From contig NKIB01005148.1 in the NCBI GenBank assembly GCA_002256025.1, forward strand, positions 1 to 64,000: 64,000 nt of DNA. Reading direction: 5' to 3'. A program made the position numbers and the translations under genes. Below, one piece after another: positions 12,133-24,304 of the stretch (position 1 is the first letter of the stretch; each line of letters opens with the position of its first letter). Below the pieces are notes generated by a model. It searched no databases. It worked only from the letters and a program-made list of their open reading frames with translations, and was not told the DNA's origin. Source of the stretch: Asterionella formosa. Taxonomy: Eukaryota.

Positions 12133-12990
12133 ATGATGCGTAAACAAAATGATGTTCGAAGGTACAGATGGCCCAAGCCCAACGTCCTTGTGGCCTTGAT
12201 TGTGGGCATGACGCTCTTGTGGATCATGTTGATAGTTCGATACCTCAAAGGGGCTCCCTCGTTGTCAATGATTCCGGCATCGCATGATGGATGGCACACA
12301 ATCAATGTCTTTTATGGAGAAAAATCCGGCCTCAAAGAAGACATGAATCAAGAGTTTTATGCTCAAGTGCATCAAGATCAAGTACTATTGGACTTGATTG
12401 GTGACAATGGATACTTTGTGGATTTGGCAGCCAATGATGCCAAGATCTTTTCCAATACACTGGTTCTTGAAAGACACGGCTGGAATGGGCTTTGCATCGA
12501 ACCCAATCCTATCTACTGGTATGGTTTGTCACACCGCAAATGCACAGTCGTTGGATCTTTCGTTGGGGCAACCAAAGAAAAAGTACAGGTCAAATTTCGA
12601 GGTGTCTATGGTGGGATTGTGGGCAAGATGGACAATAAATTGGCTAATCGGAAGCATGAGCCCGATATAGAAGTTGAAGAACGGTATACAGCGCCGCTTT
12701 CGGAGGTCTTTGCTGAATTCAATGTACCACGATCAATAGATTATCTGAGTTTGGATGTCGAAGGAGCAGAATTTCTAGTTATGAAGGACTTTCCCTTTAG
12801 TACGTACCACATCAAGGTAATGACAGTCGAACGGCCAAATAAGGATTTGAGAAACCTTCTTGAAGGAAAGGGATTCATATTCCTTAAGGATCTATCATGG
12901 TGGGGAGAAACACTCTGGGCACACAAATCCATGGGCTTGACACCAACCCATCCGAAAATCAGAAAAGTCAAAACTGAAGAAAAACGATAA
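12133..12990 (+). CDS. FkbM-family (Methyltransf_21) SAM-dependent methyltransferase, type II membrane anchored; copy 1
   Basis: N-terminal TM helix VLVALIVGMTLLWIMLIV; motifs FVDLAAND, GWNGLCIEPNP and IDYLSLDVEGAE. Confidence 0.9.
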   Translation: MMRKQNDVRRYRWPKPNVLVALIVGMTLLWIMLIVRYLKGAPSLSMIPASHDGWHTINVFYGEKSGLKEDMNQEFYAQVHQDQVLLDLIGDNGYFVDLAANDAKIFSNTLVLERHGWNGLCIEPNPIYWYGLSHRKCTVVGSFVGATKEKVQVKFRGVYGGIVGKMDNKLANRKHEPDIEVEERYTAPLSEVFAEFNVPRSIDYLSLDVEGAEFLVMKDFPFSTYHIKVMTVERPNKDLRNLLEGKGFIFLKDLSWWGETLWAHKSMGLTPTHPKIRKVKTEEKR

Positions 12991-15975
12991 CTGAGAGGAA
13001 ACATGTGGACTAATATATCCAATGTCATTTGCTAATGTTAATTCTTTCAATGTCCCAACATTAGCATATCCTTGGTCGTCAATTTGAATGCGTCCATCCC
13101 TTTCCGGCCAGTGATTTAAGCGGCATCATTGAATTTTGATAAATGCCAATACTGTGAGGTGAATTCTTGGTTCCCAAAACTCCAAGTTTTGTCAACTGAG
13201 CAATTACAAAGAGAATCCTGCCTTCTTTGCTCACTTTCATGATGACTGCAAATCAAATACGATACCGATTGCTTCATGAATAGTTGTTGCTGTGACATTA
13301 AGTTCTCATGAACCCTGATGGGACTTATCTTCATGATTCAACCGCTACAGATACATAAGCATGTCATGATGTTGCAAGAGCAATGGTAAGCTTTCTGAGG
13401 CCAAAGCCGCCATCCATGGCACAGTCTTATGATTACATTCCTCATAGTGTTGAGATTCAATGTGTGATCCCTATAATTCCTTCTTATCACGTGATTTAAT
13501 GGATGATGAACGATTTCTGGTTGGTTCATGTTCCCTTCAATGCAGTCATTGTTCCGGATTTTTTACATTCACACTCATATTTTCTTTTGTCTCCTTCTGT
13601 GCAGTCATAGTTCCGATTTGCGCATGTTTAGTCATTTTCCCTGTTGTTTCATTTTCATTATGTATTCCAAAAGCTAAAGCATTGAAATGCTGTTAAAATG
13701 ATCCTTTCATCCTATCATGTGCACCACAGACAAAATATCGAATTGTGGATTCTATTTTATGTGATTTGATCATTTAGATCAACAAATAATATCGTTATCT
13801 TTGAATGAATGATGATGCACAATTCAACAGAATGAATCTTGGGATTGACATTGGGATGTCAATTCACTTACAGTGAAGTTTGAGCACTCAAGATTTTGGA
13901 GTAGTCATTGAGGGAAAACCTGTCATGTTTGGGAATGAACAGTTGTTGCAATACAACAATCTGATAAAGTTCATCTTTGCAGTTTTAGTTTCTTACTAGC
14001 TCATAACAGGTAAAGTGTGAAATCTGTTTTCAACTTTAGTTTAAATTTAAGACAAGTCAAGTTACCATCTATGCTAGCAATATGAAAAGTTGGACAAGTT
14101 AGGTCATTGCAATTAACGTAAACTAGATACTTTAACAAACCACCACTCCTGACAGTGGCTTTATCATTCTTAGATGAAGGTGTAAAACTGTATGGGAATT
14201 CACTAAACACATACTTGTCATTACCACTGTCTGTATTGATTTGTCTTCAAAGAACTCATAATGTCAAATCAGAGGAGTCATTCTTCTGGTATAAGTAGTT
14301 CAAGAATAAAGACTATGAAAAATCAATAGATTTGGTTGTGCATTGACATCAATTTAAGATTTTCTGAAAGTTGCTACAAGATGATTCACTGAAATTTGAT
14401 GTATGTATAGAATGAAAGCAATTATCACTCTTTCACTGGCTGTCACTTGATCTTCCTCTTCTTTGCTTAATAAATCCAGCCTATCGATAACGAAAGCAGA
14501 GTATAATTGAGTGGAAAAAATTTAACGTAGGATTAATTGTGTGGCCTCTGCCAGAAATATATATACTAAGAGGTAAGTTGATTTAAAGAGCAAAATTAAT
14601 TCACCAGATCACATGCAACCCTCACCTTAGCCATACATTTGTAAAAATCGGGTTGTTTTGGGTTTTTTACAGATAAAACTTCTTCTTCGAGTTTCACCAA
14701 AAATTTAGTGCAGCCTATCAACACACGCAAACTATAGCACTGAATGTAACTCCTTTTGAATTCATGAAACATTCGCCATTGAGATACCCCTCGAGCACAA
14801 TAAAGCATGAGAAAACCACTAGCAATGTTAAATCAATCAGCTGATCAAAAATGTTGGTGCTTTGGGTATTGTTGGTGAGCTATTAAACAGGCTTAATGAT
14901 AATAAACAATAGGAATTCATGGTTAGAGACTATAGTAAGTTTTGGGGCACACTTTCAATCTGATAGATATTTGCTAGATGATTTGTGTCAATTTGCATGC
15001 AATGGCATTCCCCATATTGATCGCCCAACAATCCATCTGAGAATCGCATTTTTCCACTCCTCCATCGCTACATATATCCATCGAATCGACCATTTGTTGC
15101 TTCCTTTGTACCTGCTGATCTGTTTATTGTAGTGTTGCTTGAAACCTTCACCGATCGGCTCCTTGTCTGGTTACCGATTTTCGACTTGAAGGATGTTTCT
15201 TTGACTTCCATTTTGCCAGTTTTCTTTCAAATCAACCCATTCTTCACATCATCGATATCGCTGCTTTCACAAGAAAGAGAAGGAATGAAAGCGAAAAACT
15301 GAGTGAGATTCTGGCGGAGATAGATGTGCTATGATGATATCTAGTCTACTGCTCATCACTTACTACTAGGAGTTATTTCCATTTGTTGCCACATGAGGGA
15401 CAACTGCTGGTGCAATTACCTTAACTCCTACAAGCGACTACCTAAATCCTATAATCAACCTAACTGCTGTGCAATGCTGTAAGACATCAATCAAGACAAA
15501 CAAGATGACAACAAGGGTTACAAAGATGATGAATGACGACAAAACTAGCTACAGGTGATGTTTGACTAATAAAATATTTATGGTGAACTTGTATTGTTCC
15601 CTGTACTAGCTTTACCGTGTTATCAGAGTGACAACAAAGTCTATGAAGGTTTCTATGTACGAATATATAAGTGATGAATCTCCGAAATTATGAAATCACC
15701 GTGATTTGCGATTTTCAACTTTGTCATCTCTTGGTGAATCTTGGCAGCATTCCAGACTTAAGAAGCTTTCTTCATACACATGATGTAAGTCATATTTCTT
15801 TGCTTATCAGTAGCACTGGATCTAGTTCAGGATTCACAAGATTGCATCCTAGTGTACCTCTAACCCTTGCGTCTCTATACAGTTTTGGCACCACACCATG
15901 TCCTATTATTGGACTAATTCCATTATGCCAATTTGTGGGTTAATTGTGTCCTAGTAACATTGTTTCGCAATACAC

Positions 15976-16930
15976 TTTTTAAGTACATTACTAGTACAAA
16001 CTAGAAATTTCACTCGTGCCTTTATAGACCTCGATGACAACAATTCATGCCTTTTTCCGAACCAGAGTCCATCCCCCATGACAATTTTACCAGATAGTAG
16101 GAGCGAGGCGAAGTTGAGATCCATCTTGCAAAGTGTCCTTCCTATTCTTGCCGCCATGCATTGTATGCTATATCAACTGTTTCCACCCAAAGTCTCTTTT
16201 GTTTTAATGCATGTCTCTTTATTTGCACATCCACTGGCAACAAAAATAGATCATGTTTGTCTGTTTTTTGAACTTATTGATGTGTATTGTTGGCATATCT
16301 TAACCTAATTTGTGTACCCAGCGCTTCTGTCAATTTAAGAAGTTTTTTCTCCTCTGTCTTCCCACATACTTCTTCATTCTTAATTCTCCAGCTTGTCTCG
16401 TCTCGTCTCGAATCCGCTGCCATATACCATAAACTTGCTATCATCCTTGTGCTCCACTGTGTTTACTGAACAATAGCTATCTCCGATTCTCCTCTCATTA
16501 TCATATGATAGTATGGTAACCTCCTTCCATTTTTTACTCAGTCTCCCTCAAAATGCTTGATCCCAATCAATATCCATCTGATTCAAATACGCCTCAAAGG
16601 TTAAATTGCCAATAACATCAAAGGGGGGAGGAATTGGTCCTTCCCATCGTGTTTGTTTGTTTTGTAACCACGGCAAAAGTCCTTCTTGAAGTTTGAATGC
16701 CACAAAGGGACATGCAATTCCATTCTTTTGATCCCTTGATGGTGGATGTAGAGGATGTTCCTCATTATATCTTATTGTGTGTTTTTCATTTTTCTCTTGA
16801 TTATATTTTACTATCGGTTTTGTTGTTGTTGTTGTATTGACTTCTGGTGGGAATCTCCCATAGTCACCCATCCAGTGCGTGTTACACTTGAAAAACTCAT
16901 GGTCCCCTACGTGCCTGGCTTGTTTCACCA
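15976..16930 (-). mobile_element. Decayed 3' fragment of an Ambal-like LINE (copy A)
   Basis: TFEAYLNQMDIDWDQAF matches TFEAFINQQDIGWDQAI of the LINE at 48.6-49.0 kb; 3' end motif shared with the LINE end at 56030-56079. Confidence 0.7.
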
Positions 16931-18013
16931 GGGCGGGATGTTGTCGTTGTAGGTGAGACCTGAATAATGCATTGTTTCCATTTCTCTTTGTATGTAACTC
17001 AGGTCCATGATCAATGTCTGTTCTACTACCTGGGTCTCCTCGACATTGGAGGATCTAGTTGCATCATAGATTTCAAGTATACACTATGGCAGACGGAATT
17101 CACCTAAAGCTCATCCATACTACCTAAAGATATGGTATCATCATGTGGAGTAGCACTCGTGCCTGATCTTGAGGTCCATGCTGGCATAGAGATGAATGCT
17201 GTCCAGCAGGTAACAAAACATCTAGCACGAGGTGATCAAATAGCTACACAGAGTAAAGCTGAGCACTAGCTACCAGATAGTATTTCATAAACTGTTTACC
17301 AAAGTATAGCAAGATCAGTGACTATGTTAAGGCAGAGAGAATCAGATGCATCAATGTTATACCATCTGTGACTTCTAGACAAGGTACAGACATTGATACA
17401 TTACCTGTGCACACTGATAGTATAGATGAGCTCCTCATGTTGTCTCTGATCACTTGAATTAAGTATGATGTGATGCCTCCACTTACAATGAATGCTATAT
17501 TGTATACGTAAAATGAAGAAAGCTTAAATCTGGAATGCTGCCAAGATTTACCAAGAGATAAAGTACCAGTACTGGAAGTTGAATAACGACATGAAAGCGA
17601 TCCAACCCTCATTTCGCATCGCTCGATTGTCAAAATGAAACAAAAATAATTTAGGTATCAAAACAAAAGACTAATTTGGATTCTTTTTACAATGTTTTGC
17701 TATTTTGCCCTTTTCGTCGACAAACGTTTTGTAGCACAAAAAAGCGGCTGTATGAAAAAGCAAAAAGGTTAAAGCAAGATGAAATGACTTGACACATCTG
17801 TTTCTCTTACCGGTATCAGGTACCAGGTACCAGGTACCAGGTTACCATCATAAGTTGACAGCATATTCTAAGATTCATTTTCCCTGAGTGAGGACAATGA
17901 GCGATTGCCGCCCTCCACTCACCAAAATTCAAATTAGGCAGGTGAGCTAAATATGCCGCAAGACCCCGACGACAACGGATCATACCGGTAACGTTTGAAA
18001 TTTTCCTACCAGC

Positions 18014-18871
18014 ATGATGCGTAAACAAAATGATGTTCGAAGGTACAGATGGCCCAAGCCCAACGTCCTTGTGGCTTTGATTGTGGGCATGATGCTCTTG
18101 TGGATCATGTTGATAGTTCGATACCTCAAAGGGGCTCCCTCGTTGTCAATGATTCCGGCATCGCATGATGGATGGCACACAATCAATGTCTTTTATGGAG
18201 AAAAATCCGGCCTCAAAGAAGACATGAATCAAGAGTTTTATGCTCAAGTGCATCAAGATCAAGTACTATTGGACTTGATTGGTGACAATGGATACTTTGT
18301 GGATTTGGCAGCCAATGATGCCAAGATCTTTTCCAATACACTGGTTCTTGAAAGACACGGCTGGAATGGGCTTTGCATCGAACCCAATCCTATCTACTGG
18401 TATGGTTTGTCACACCGCAAATGCACAGTCGTTGGATCTTTCGTTGGGGCAACCAAAGAAAAAGTACAGGTCAAATTTCGAGGTGTCCTTGGTGGAATTG
18501 TGGGCAATAAGGACATAAAAATGGTCAATCCGGAGATTGATCCTGAAGCAGAAGTTGAAGAACGGTATACAGCGCCGCTTTCGGAGGTCTTTGCTGAATT
18601 CAATGTACCACGATCAATAGATTATCTGAGTTTGGATGTCGAAGGAGCAGAATTTCTAGTTATGAAGAACTTTCTCTTTAACACGTACCACATCAAGGTA
18701 ATGACAGTCGAACGGCCAAATAAAGATTTGAGAAACCTTCTTGAAGGAAAGGGATTCATATTCCTTAAGGATCTATCATGGTGGGGAGAAACACTCTGGG
18801 CACACAAATCCATGGGCTTGACACCAACCCATCCGAAAATCAGCAAAATCAAAACATTGGGAAAGCAATAA
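18014..18871 (+). CDS. FkbM-family methyltransferase, copy 2
   Basis: Near-identical to 12133-12990 (offset 5881), including about 73 bp of upstream sequence; same motifs. Confidence 0.9.
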   Translation: MMRKQNDVRRYRWPKPNVLVALIVGMMLLWIMLIVRYLKGAPSLSMIPASHDGWHTINVFYGEKSGLKEDMNQEFYAQVHQDQVLLDLIGDNGYFVDLAANDAKIFSNTLVLERHGWNGLCIEPNPIYWYGLSHRKCTVVGSFVGATKEKVQVKFRGVLGGIVGNKDIKMVNPEIDPEAEVEERYTAPLSEVFAEFNVPRSIDYLSLDVEGAEFLVMKNFLFNTYHIKVMTVERPNKDLRNLLEGKGFIFLKDLSWWGETLWAHKSMGLTPTHPKISKIKTLGKQ

Positions 18872-19005
18872 CTTAGAGTAAAATTTTAGACAAACAAAAA
18901 TCCAATTTATGCTTGTTCAATATCCTTTAGAAATGTCAGTCTTTCCATATCTCAATATTTGCATATCAATGCATATCCATTTGGTGATAAATGTACATTT
19001 CCTAT

Positions 19006-19490
19006 GACACGGCTAGAATGAGCCTTGCAACGAGCCCAATCCTATCTATTGGTATGATTTGTCACAACCGCAAATGCACAGTCGCTGGATCCCTCATGGG
19101 GCAACCAAGGAACAAGTCACTGATAGTTTTCGAGGTGACTATGGAGGGATTGCAGACAAGATGAAGAAACAATTGGCCGATCAGTGCCATAATCCCAAAG
19201 TGGAATTCGAAGGATGGTATACAGTAAAGCTTTCAGAGGTCTTTGCAGAATTCAATCCACAGATAATCTTATTTTGGATGTCAAAGCAGTAGAATTTCTA
19301 ATTATGACGAACTTTCCCTTTGGTATTTGCAATGCCAGGTTGCTGTGAGTCAAAGTACAACATATGGAGTTGAGGGACCTTCTGGAAGAACAAGGACTCA
19401 TATTCTTAAGGGATTTATAACGGTGGAAGGAAACATTCTGGGCACGCAACTCGATGGGCTTGACAAGTGACCATCCGAAAATCGGAATGA
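19006..19490 (+). pseudogene. Truncated, frameshifted third FkbM methyltransferase copy
   Basis: Nucleotide similarity to the 3' half of copies 1 and 2 (CCCAATCCTATCTATTGGTATG, CGCAAATGCACAGTCG, CCATCCGAAAATC); peptide FRGDYGGIADKM...LSEVFAEFN; stops and indels. Confidence 0.85.
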
Positions 19491-19564
19491 GTGGAAAAAA
19501 CTGGTCAAGAGGAACTATAAAAATGGAAAATAATGAATCCAAATCTAATTTTTGGTTTAATAGT

Positions 19565-20342
19565 TTAGGCCTTTCCATATCTCAACATCAACACATCCTT
19601 GGTTGTTAGTTTAAATCCATTCAACCCCTTGAAGGCGAGTGTCGCGTGGGGCTCATCGTCGAATTCAATAAACGCTAATCCTTCTCGAGGGATTCTTACT
19701 TCCCGATACCCGGAGTATTGTCTAAAGAGCATTTCCAACATCATTTGATTACAGTCTGGTGGTAGGTCTTGGGCGAATAAAATGCGCGATGGAGGTTCCG
19801 CCAAGGTAGGGAGGGACGTAACAATTTCCGTTCCAGTAGTAATGACTGGCACAGTTGTGGTGACATGTTCAATCTTTTGCTTGACTCGTCGATTCTGAGG
19901 AACGAATGATCCATCTCGCTTCGCAATTCTGTCGGACTTTTCCCGTGCGTACGATACTTTCAGTTCCTTGCCAAAGAAGGAAGTCCCGTTCGCTGCTTGA
20001 ATGGCAGTCGTCGAAGCTTGGACGTCATCAAAGACAACGAAAGCTTGTCCTCTGAGTCCTTCTTTTCTGAGAGTGATGATTTCGAGAACCTGATGATCGT
20101 TGGAAACGACGGAATTGGGTTAGGTTCAAGGTACTGTAACAGCACCACCCCTCCCACTGAAACTGACACCTCCGGCAGCAACTGTATCGCCCGACAACCA
20201 ACAGCTGCAAACTCACCTTGCCATAACGAGAAAAAAGCGTATACAGCGCCCTTCTCAGCAGAGGTTTCTTTATACTCCAGTCAATGTTACTAGCATATAC
20301 TGTATTGTTGGGCTGCGCAATCGTCATCGTCATCCCTACCAT
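19565..20342 (-). CDS. SNRPA: U1A/U2B'' snRNP protein with two RRMs; intron 20090-20216
   Basis: PNNTVYASNI...LFSRYGK spliced (GT at 20216, AG at 20091-20090) to VLEIITLRKEGLRGQAFVVF...YAREKSD; second RRM PPSRILFAQDLP...LAFIEFDD; could equally be SNRPB2. Confidence 0.9.
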
Positions 20343-20760
20343 GGTTGTCGAATGAAAATAATATCAAGGTTACACATACATAGACAATACCGGCATCCTT
20401 GATGAATTTGCCACCTAACATCTTACCTGATACAGAGTACTGGTACGGAGCGACCAGTTGGTATCAGCTACCGGGATGTAGCAGGATCATCGTCGCATTC
20501 ATGAGCGATGATGGAAGAGGGGGATAACAAAAGTGGTGCGACACTCACGCGCATGGTGAAAATTGGACGCAGGAGCCAGCACGAAGGACAGACGCCTGGA
20601 TCGTTCGGCCTGCTTCTAAAATCATCCGAGCAACCCAAGCAAGCACCATCATCATTCAGCCATGATCTACCGGTATTCTTGTCATCACAGGCACAAGAAA
20701 ATTAGCATCATCACGCTCATCATTCCCTCCTTCCACTGTACTTGGTAGCAGAGCTTGGCA

Positions 20761-21605
20761 ATGTACTTGACTCGCAGCGAATACGATAGAGGCGTCAACA
20801 CCTTTTCGCCGGAAGGGCGTCTGTTCCAAGTCGAATATGCGATTGAAGCCATCAAGCTCGGGTCTACGGCGGTCGGGATTCAGACCAAGCAGGGCGTTGT
20901 CCTCGCCGTCGAAAAGCGCCTCACGTCTCCGCTCCTGGATCCAGCCAGTGTAGAGAAGATCGCAGAGATAGATTCGCACATTGGGGCTGCCATGAGTGGC
21001 TTGGTGGCTGATGCTCGCACTTTGGTGGATCATGCCAGAGTTGAAGCGCAGAACCACACCTTCACTTACGACGAGCCCATTGGCGTAGAGGCTCTGACTC
21101 AAGGTGCGTAATTTTTCAGATGCTGTGTTTGTGCTGTGATGTACACATTCCGTTGCTTCCCTTTTCCCTTGCTGATTATCCAAATATCCGTCGTCCTTGC
21201 TGCGCAGCTGTCTGTGATCTGGCGCTATCTTTTGGTGAAGGGCAAGACGGGGATTCCGGATCCGGCAAACGCATGTCCAGACCTTTTGGCGTAGCGCTCT
21301 TGTTGGCAGGTCACGACGACGTTGACGGACCGCAGCTTTTTTTCAGCGACCCTTCTGGGACATTTGTTAGATACAAGGCCAAGGCCATTGGAGCGGGATC
21401 GGAAGGAGCACAGTCCAATTTAGAAGAATCATATTCGGAAACAATGACACTGGAGGAAGCTGAAACCCTGGCCCTGTCAACGCTCAAGCAAGTCATGGAG
21501 GAAAAGATTAGTACAGACAATGTGGAATTGGCCCGCGTCACTGCGGACCAAGGATTTCATATTGCGACAGCAGCAGAAGTGGGAATTGCACTGGAGAGAC
21601 TGTAA
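20761..21605 (+). CDS. PSMA5: 20S proteasome subunit alpha-5; intron 21104-21207
   Basis: [36 protein letters not shown]; a GT-AG intron joins [32 protein letters not shown]. Confidence 0.97.
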
Positions 21606-21793
21606 ATGAACTACTGCAATGATTAGAACCATCATAGGAATTGAATAATAACTACAATAGTCAAGGCTTCTCACACATGCTGTAGCTACTATATACTACC
21701 GGTACTTGACCTACAACAGAAAGCATGCACAAAGTTGGTTTGATGTATTCAGACTCCAGCAACGAGGCGACCTCTTCTTCAAGTCACTTTACT

Positions 21794-24304
21794 TCACCAA
21801 TCACTATCACTTTCATCGACTTGCTGAGGAGGAATGGCAGCAAGCAATATACTTGCCTTGGCCTCTTTCTTTTTCTTCTTTTCCTTTTTGGCAGCCTTGT
21901 CTTCCTTGGACTTCTTCTTCTTTTCTTTCTTCACAGGCTTTACTTCCTCTTGTAGCATTTTTTTGGCTTGTTCTTCTGCGGCTGCGATGGCTGCCAATGC
22001 TGCAGCACTAAGGCATACCTTCTTTTCAGGAATTGGAACCAATGATGATAGTGCTTTTTCAGCTGTGCCATTCATTCCAGATTCTCGCTGTTCGACAGGA
22101 GATTCTTCTTTTCTTGCCTTGAGCTTCGGATCAGCCGGATCTGCAGCTGACACATCGGTGATGAAATTATCGTCATCACATTCGTCTTGATGCTTGTTAG
22201 TATAAAAAGACTGCTCTGGTGCTGGGTTTGAGGGACAGTTTAGATCTAGATCGATTGCACCAACAGCGAAATCATTGTGGTTGCTATTGCTGCTTTCACG
22301 AGTTTTTGCAGTTTGCCCCTCTGATTCTGAAATTTTCGTTTGTTCGAATTCTTGATTACTACTAGGCGTTGAATCTTGAGGTTTAGGCACTGATGGGGGC
22401 ACCTCATTCTCGACTGTATTGCTAGCATCTGATGGCGAAACCTTCGACTCAGACTCACTAGCACTTGGTAATTCTAGATCTTTTGCAGTTTGTGATACAG
22501 TCTCATCATTTTGAAGTCCCGCTGCACTCACTACGTTCACAATGGGTTGTTCTCTATCTTCTTCGGTATCTTGCGGCTGTTCCATCTTATTTGATGTACT
22601 TGATACTGCCGGTATCCCTCCTTCCTCATCATCATCATCATCATCAATGATTAAATCATCCATCTCATCGCTCCATTCTCCTTCATCTTCGTCGCCGCGT
22701 AAAACAGGTAGGCCAAAAATTGGGGAATATTCGAACCTTGGAGGGTGACGAGGAAATTGTTCGTCGACGGGCGACAACGCAATTGGATCATTTACCTCAT
22801 CATTTACCTTATCTTGTTCCATTTCAACATGTTCTGGTGACTGCTCATGAATCAAATATTCGTCGTCGTCATCGCTCCAGGCTCCTCCTTCGTTTTCGTC
22901 GGCATTCGCTCTTTGCGATGTTGACTGTCTGTACGTGGCAGAAAGGACTTCATTTTTGTTCTGGGTTAATTTTGAATCCGACATATCGATCGCAGATACT
23001 TGCATTGTGTTGCTGTGAACTACTTCCGAAGGTGCAGTCACTTCCTTTGATTTCTGATTATTCGGTTTCAATTCCTTTGACTTGCTGTTCAGTTGTTGTC
23101 GATTTTTGCCAGCCTTATTCTCCGAAATAGGTGGTTTCATCACTCCCATCATCTCTTTTGGTGTCACAAATTCTTGCCCTTCTTCCTGTAATTTTCTGAC
23201 TACAGGAGGTGGTTTCTTTGTGCTCAATTTTAGAGCAATAGCTGCAGTCGTTGTTGTCTTTGTAGTTGGAGTGTTTTGTGATGATGGATCTGCAATGGAC
23301 TTTCGATGCCCACCTTCGTCGTAAAAGAAACCATCATCGTCATCTGAATCGCATTCTTCGACTAGATTCTTGTTGGAGTTGTTAGTTTCATTGTCCTCAT
23401 CACTTTCGGCAAAAAAATCTTCCAAAGACGCGGGAGGGAGAATTTTTTGCAAAGGTGGCGGATGTGGCCTCACGACAACACTTCGGCGTTGCATCCCTGC
23501 ATCCTCTGACCACGACACATTATTCTTGTTTGTATTCCTTGGGCCATCGTCTGACTTGAGCAGCAATGATAAAAATTCGTTATACTCTATTGACGGAACG
23601 GTGGATGTTTCGTGTATCAATTTCTGGCAATGCCTTAATTGGTCAGACCATTCAGCTTGTTTTCTTAACAGGTAGCTCCGATAAATAAAATGGTGCAACG
23701 TGTTGAGTCCGTAACAATCTTTGAGCGATGTGGTTCCGACTTGAACCACAACATTGGTTTTCCCCTGATGTTGGTTCAATATCTGCTGTGCAATTTCTTC
23801 CAAGTCGCGTTCCTGTATCCTTTGATGTCTGTATTGTTGGTCTCTGAAATTGAGCAAAATACATAGTGCCATTGGCCGTGTTCGTTGCTTTAGAAGCGAG
23901 GATAGCAGCTTCGCAAAGTACGGACGGATTGATTTCGGGTCGTGCTGTGGATGAACCAAGACGACGACAAAATCAGCCCCTTTGATTCGGTCATGCAGCG
24001 TCTTTGAGTCTGGAATTTCCACATGAAGCTGAACACGATCCCATAGCATAGACTGCGATTGAAATGGTACTATCACTTGTGTGCTTGGCTCTTCTGTGCA
24101 TGGTTTAAACGGATCTTTGCCTTCCAATCTCTTTAATAAGGTTCGCTTACCACTCGACGGTAATCCTAGCACAACGCCGTGCTGTTGGAGCAATGGTTTG
24201 GTCGGTTGAGCTGCTGGTCGTCGACGCCGTCGTCGTGCTGGTACTGGTACTTGACTCCCTTCGTCAATAGGTGCATCTTGAAGGACAGATTCTGTCGTCC
24301 CCAT
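21794..24304 (-). CDS. RABL6: Rab-like protein 6 (RABL6/PARF)-like: N-terminal small-GTPase-like domain, acidic disordered region, Lys-rich tail
   Basis: LGLPSSGKRTLLKRLEG P-loop; LCILLNFRDQ and SLKDCYGLNTLHHFIYRSYLLRK resemble RABL6 VCVLGNYRD and SMKNSFGLKYLHKFFNIPFLQLQ; C-terminal KKEKKKKSK; first ATG at 24304. Confidence 0.7.
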   Translation of the reverse strand: MGTTESVLQDAPIDEGSQVPVPARRRRRRPAAQPTKPLLQQHGVVLGLPSSGKRTLLKRLEGKDPFKPCTEEPSTQVIVPFQSQSMLWDRVQLHVEIPDSKTLHDRIKGADFVVVLVHPQHDPKSIRPYFAKLLSSLLKQRTRPMALCILLNFRDQQYRHQRIQERDLEEIAQQILNQHQGKTNVVVQVGTTSLKDCYGLNTLHHFIYRSYLLRKQAEWSDQLRHCQKLIHETSTVPSIEYNEFLSLLLKSDDGPRNTNKNNVSWSEDAGMQRRSVVVRPHPPPLQKILPPASLEDFFAESDEDNETNNSNKNLVEECDSDDDDGFFYDEGGHRKSIADPSSQNTPTTKTTTTAAIALKLSTKKPPPVVRKLQEEGQEFVTPKEMMGVMKPPISENKAGKNRQQLNSKSKELKPNNQKSKEVTAPSEVVHSNTMQVSAIDMSDSKLTQNKNEVLSATYRQSTSQRANADENEGGAWSDDDDEYLIHEQSPEHVEMEQDKVNDEVNDPIALSPVDEQFPRHPPRFEYSPIFGLPVLRGDEDEGEWSDEMDDLIIDDDDDDEEGGIPAVSSTSNKMEQPQDTEEDREQPIVNVVSAAGLQNDETVSQTAKDLELPSASESESKVSPSDASNTVENEVPPSVPKPQDSTPSSNQEFEQTKISESEGQTAKTRESSNSNHNDFAVGAIDLDLNCPSNPAPEQSFYTNKHQDECDDDNFITDVSAADPADPKLKARKEESPVEQRESGMNGTAEKALSSLVPIPEKKVCLSAAALAAIAAAEEQAKKMLQEEVKPVKKEKKKKSKEDKAAKKEKKKKKEAKASILLAAIPPQQVDESDSDW

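Noticed and set aside
20656..21183. 175-aa minus-strand ORF
   Set aside because: Antisense shadow of PSMA5
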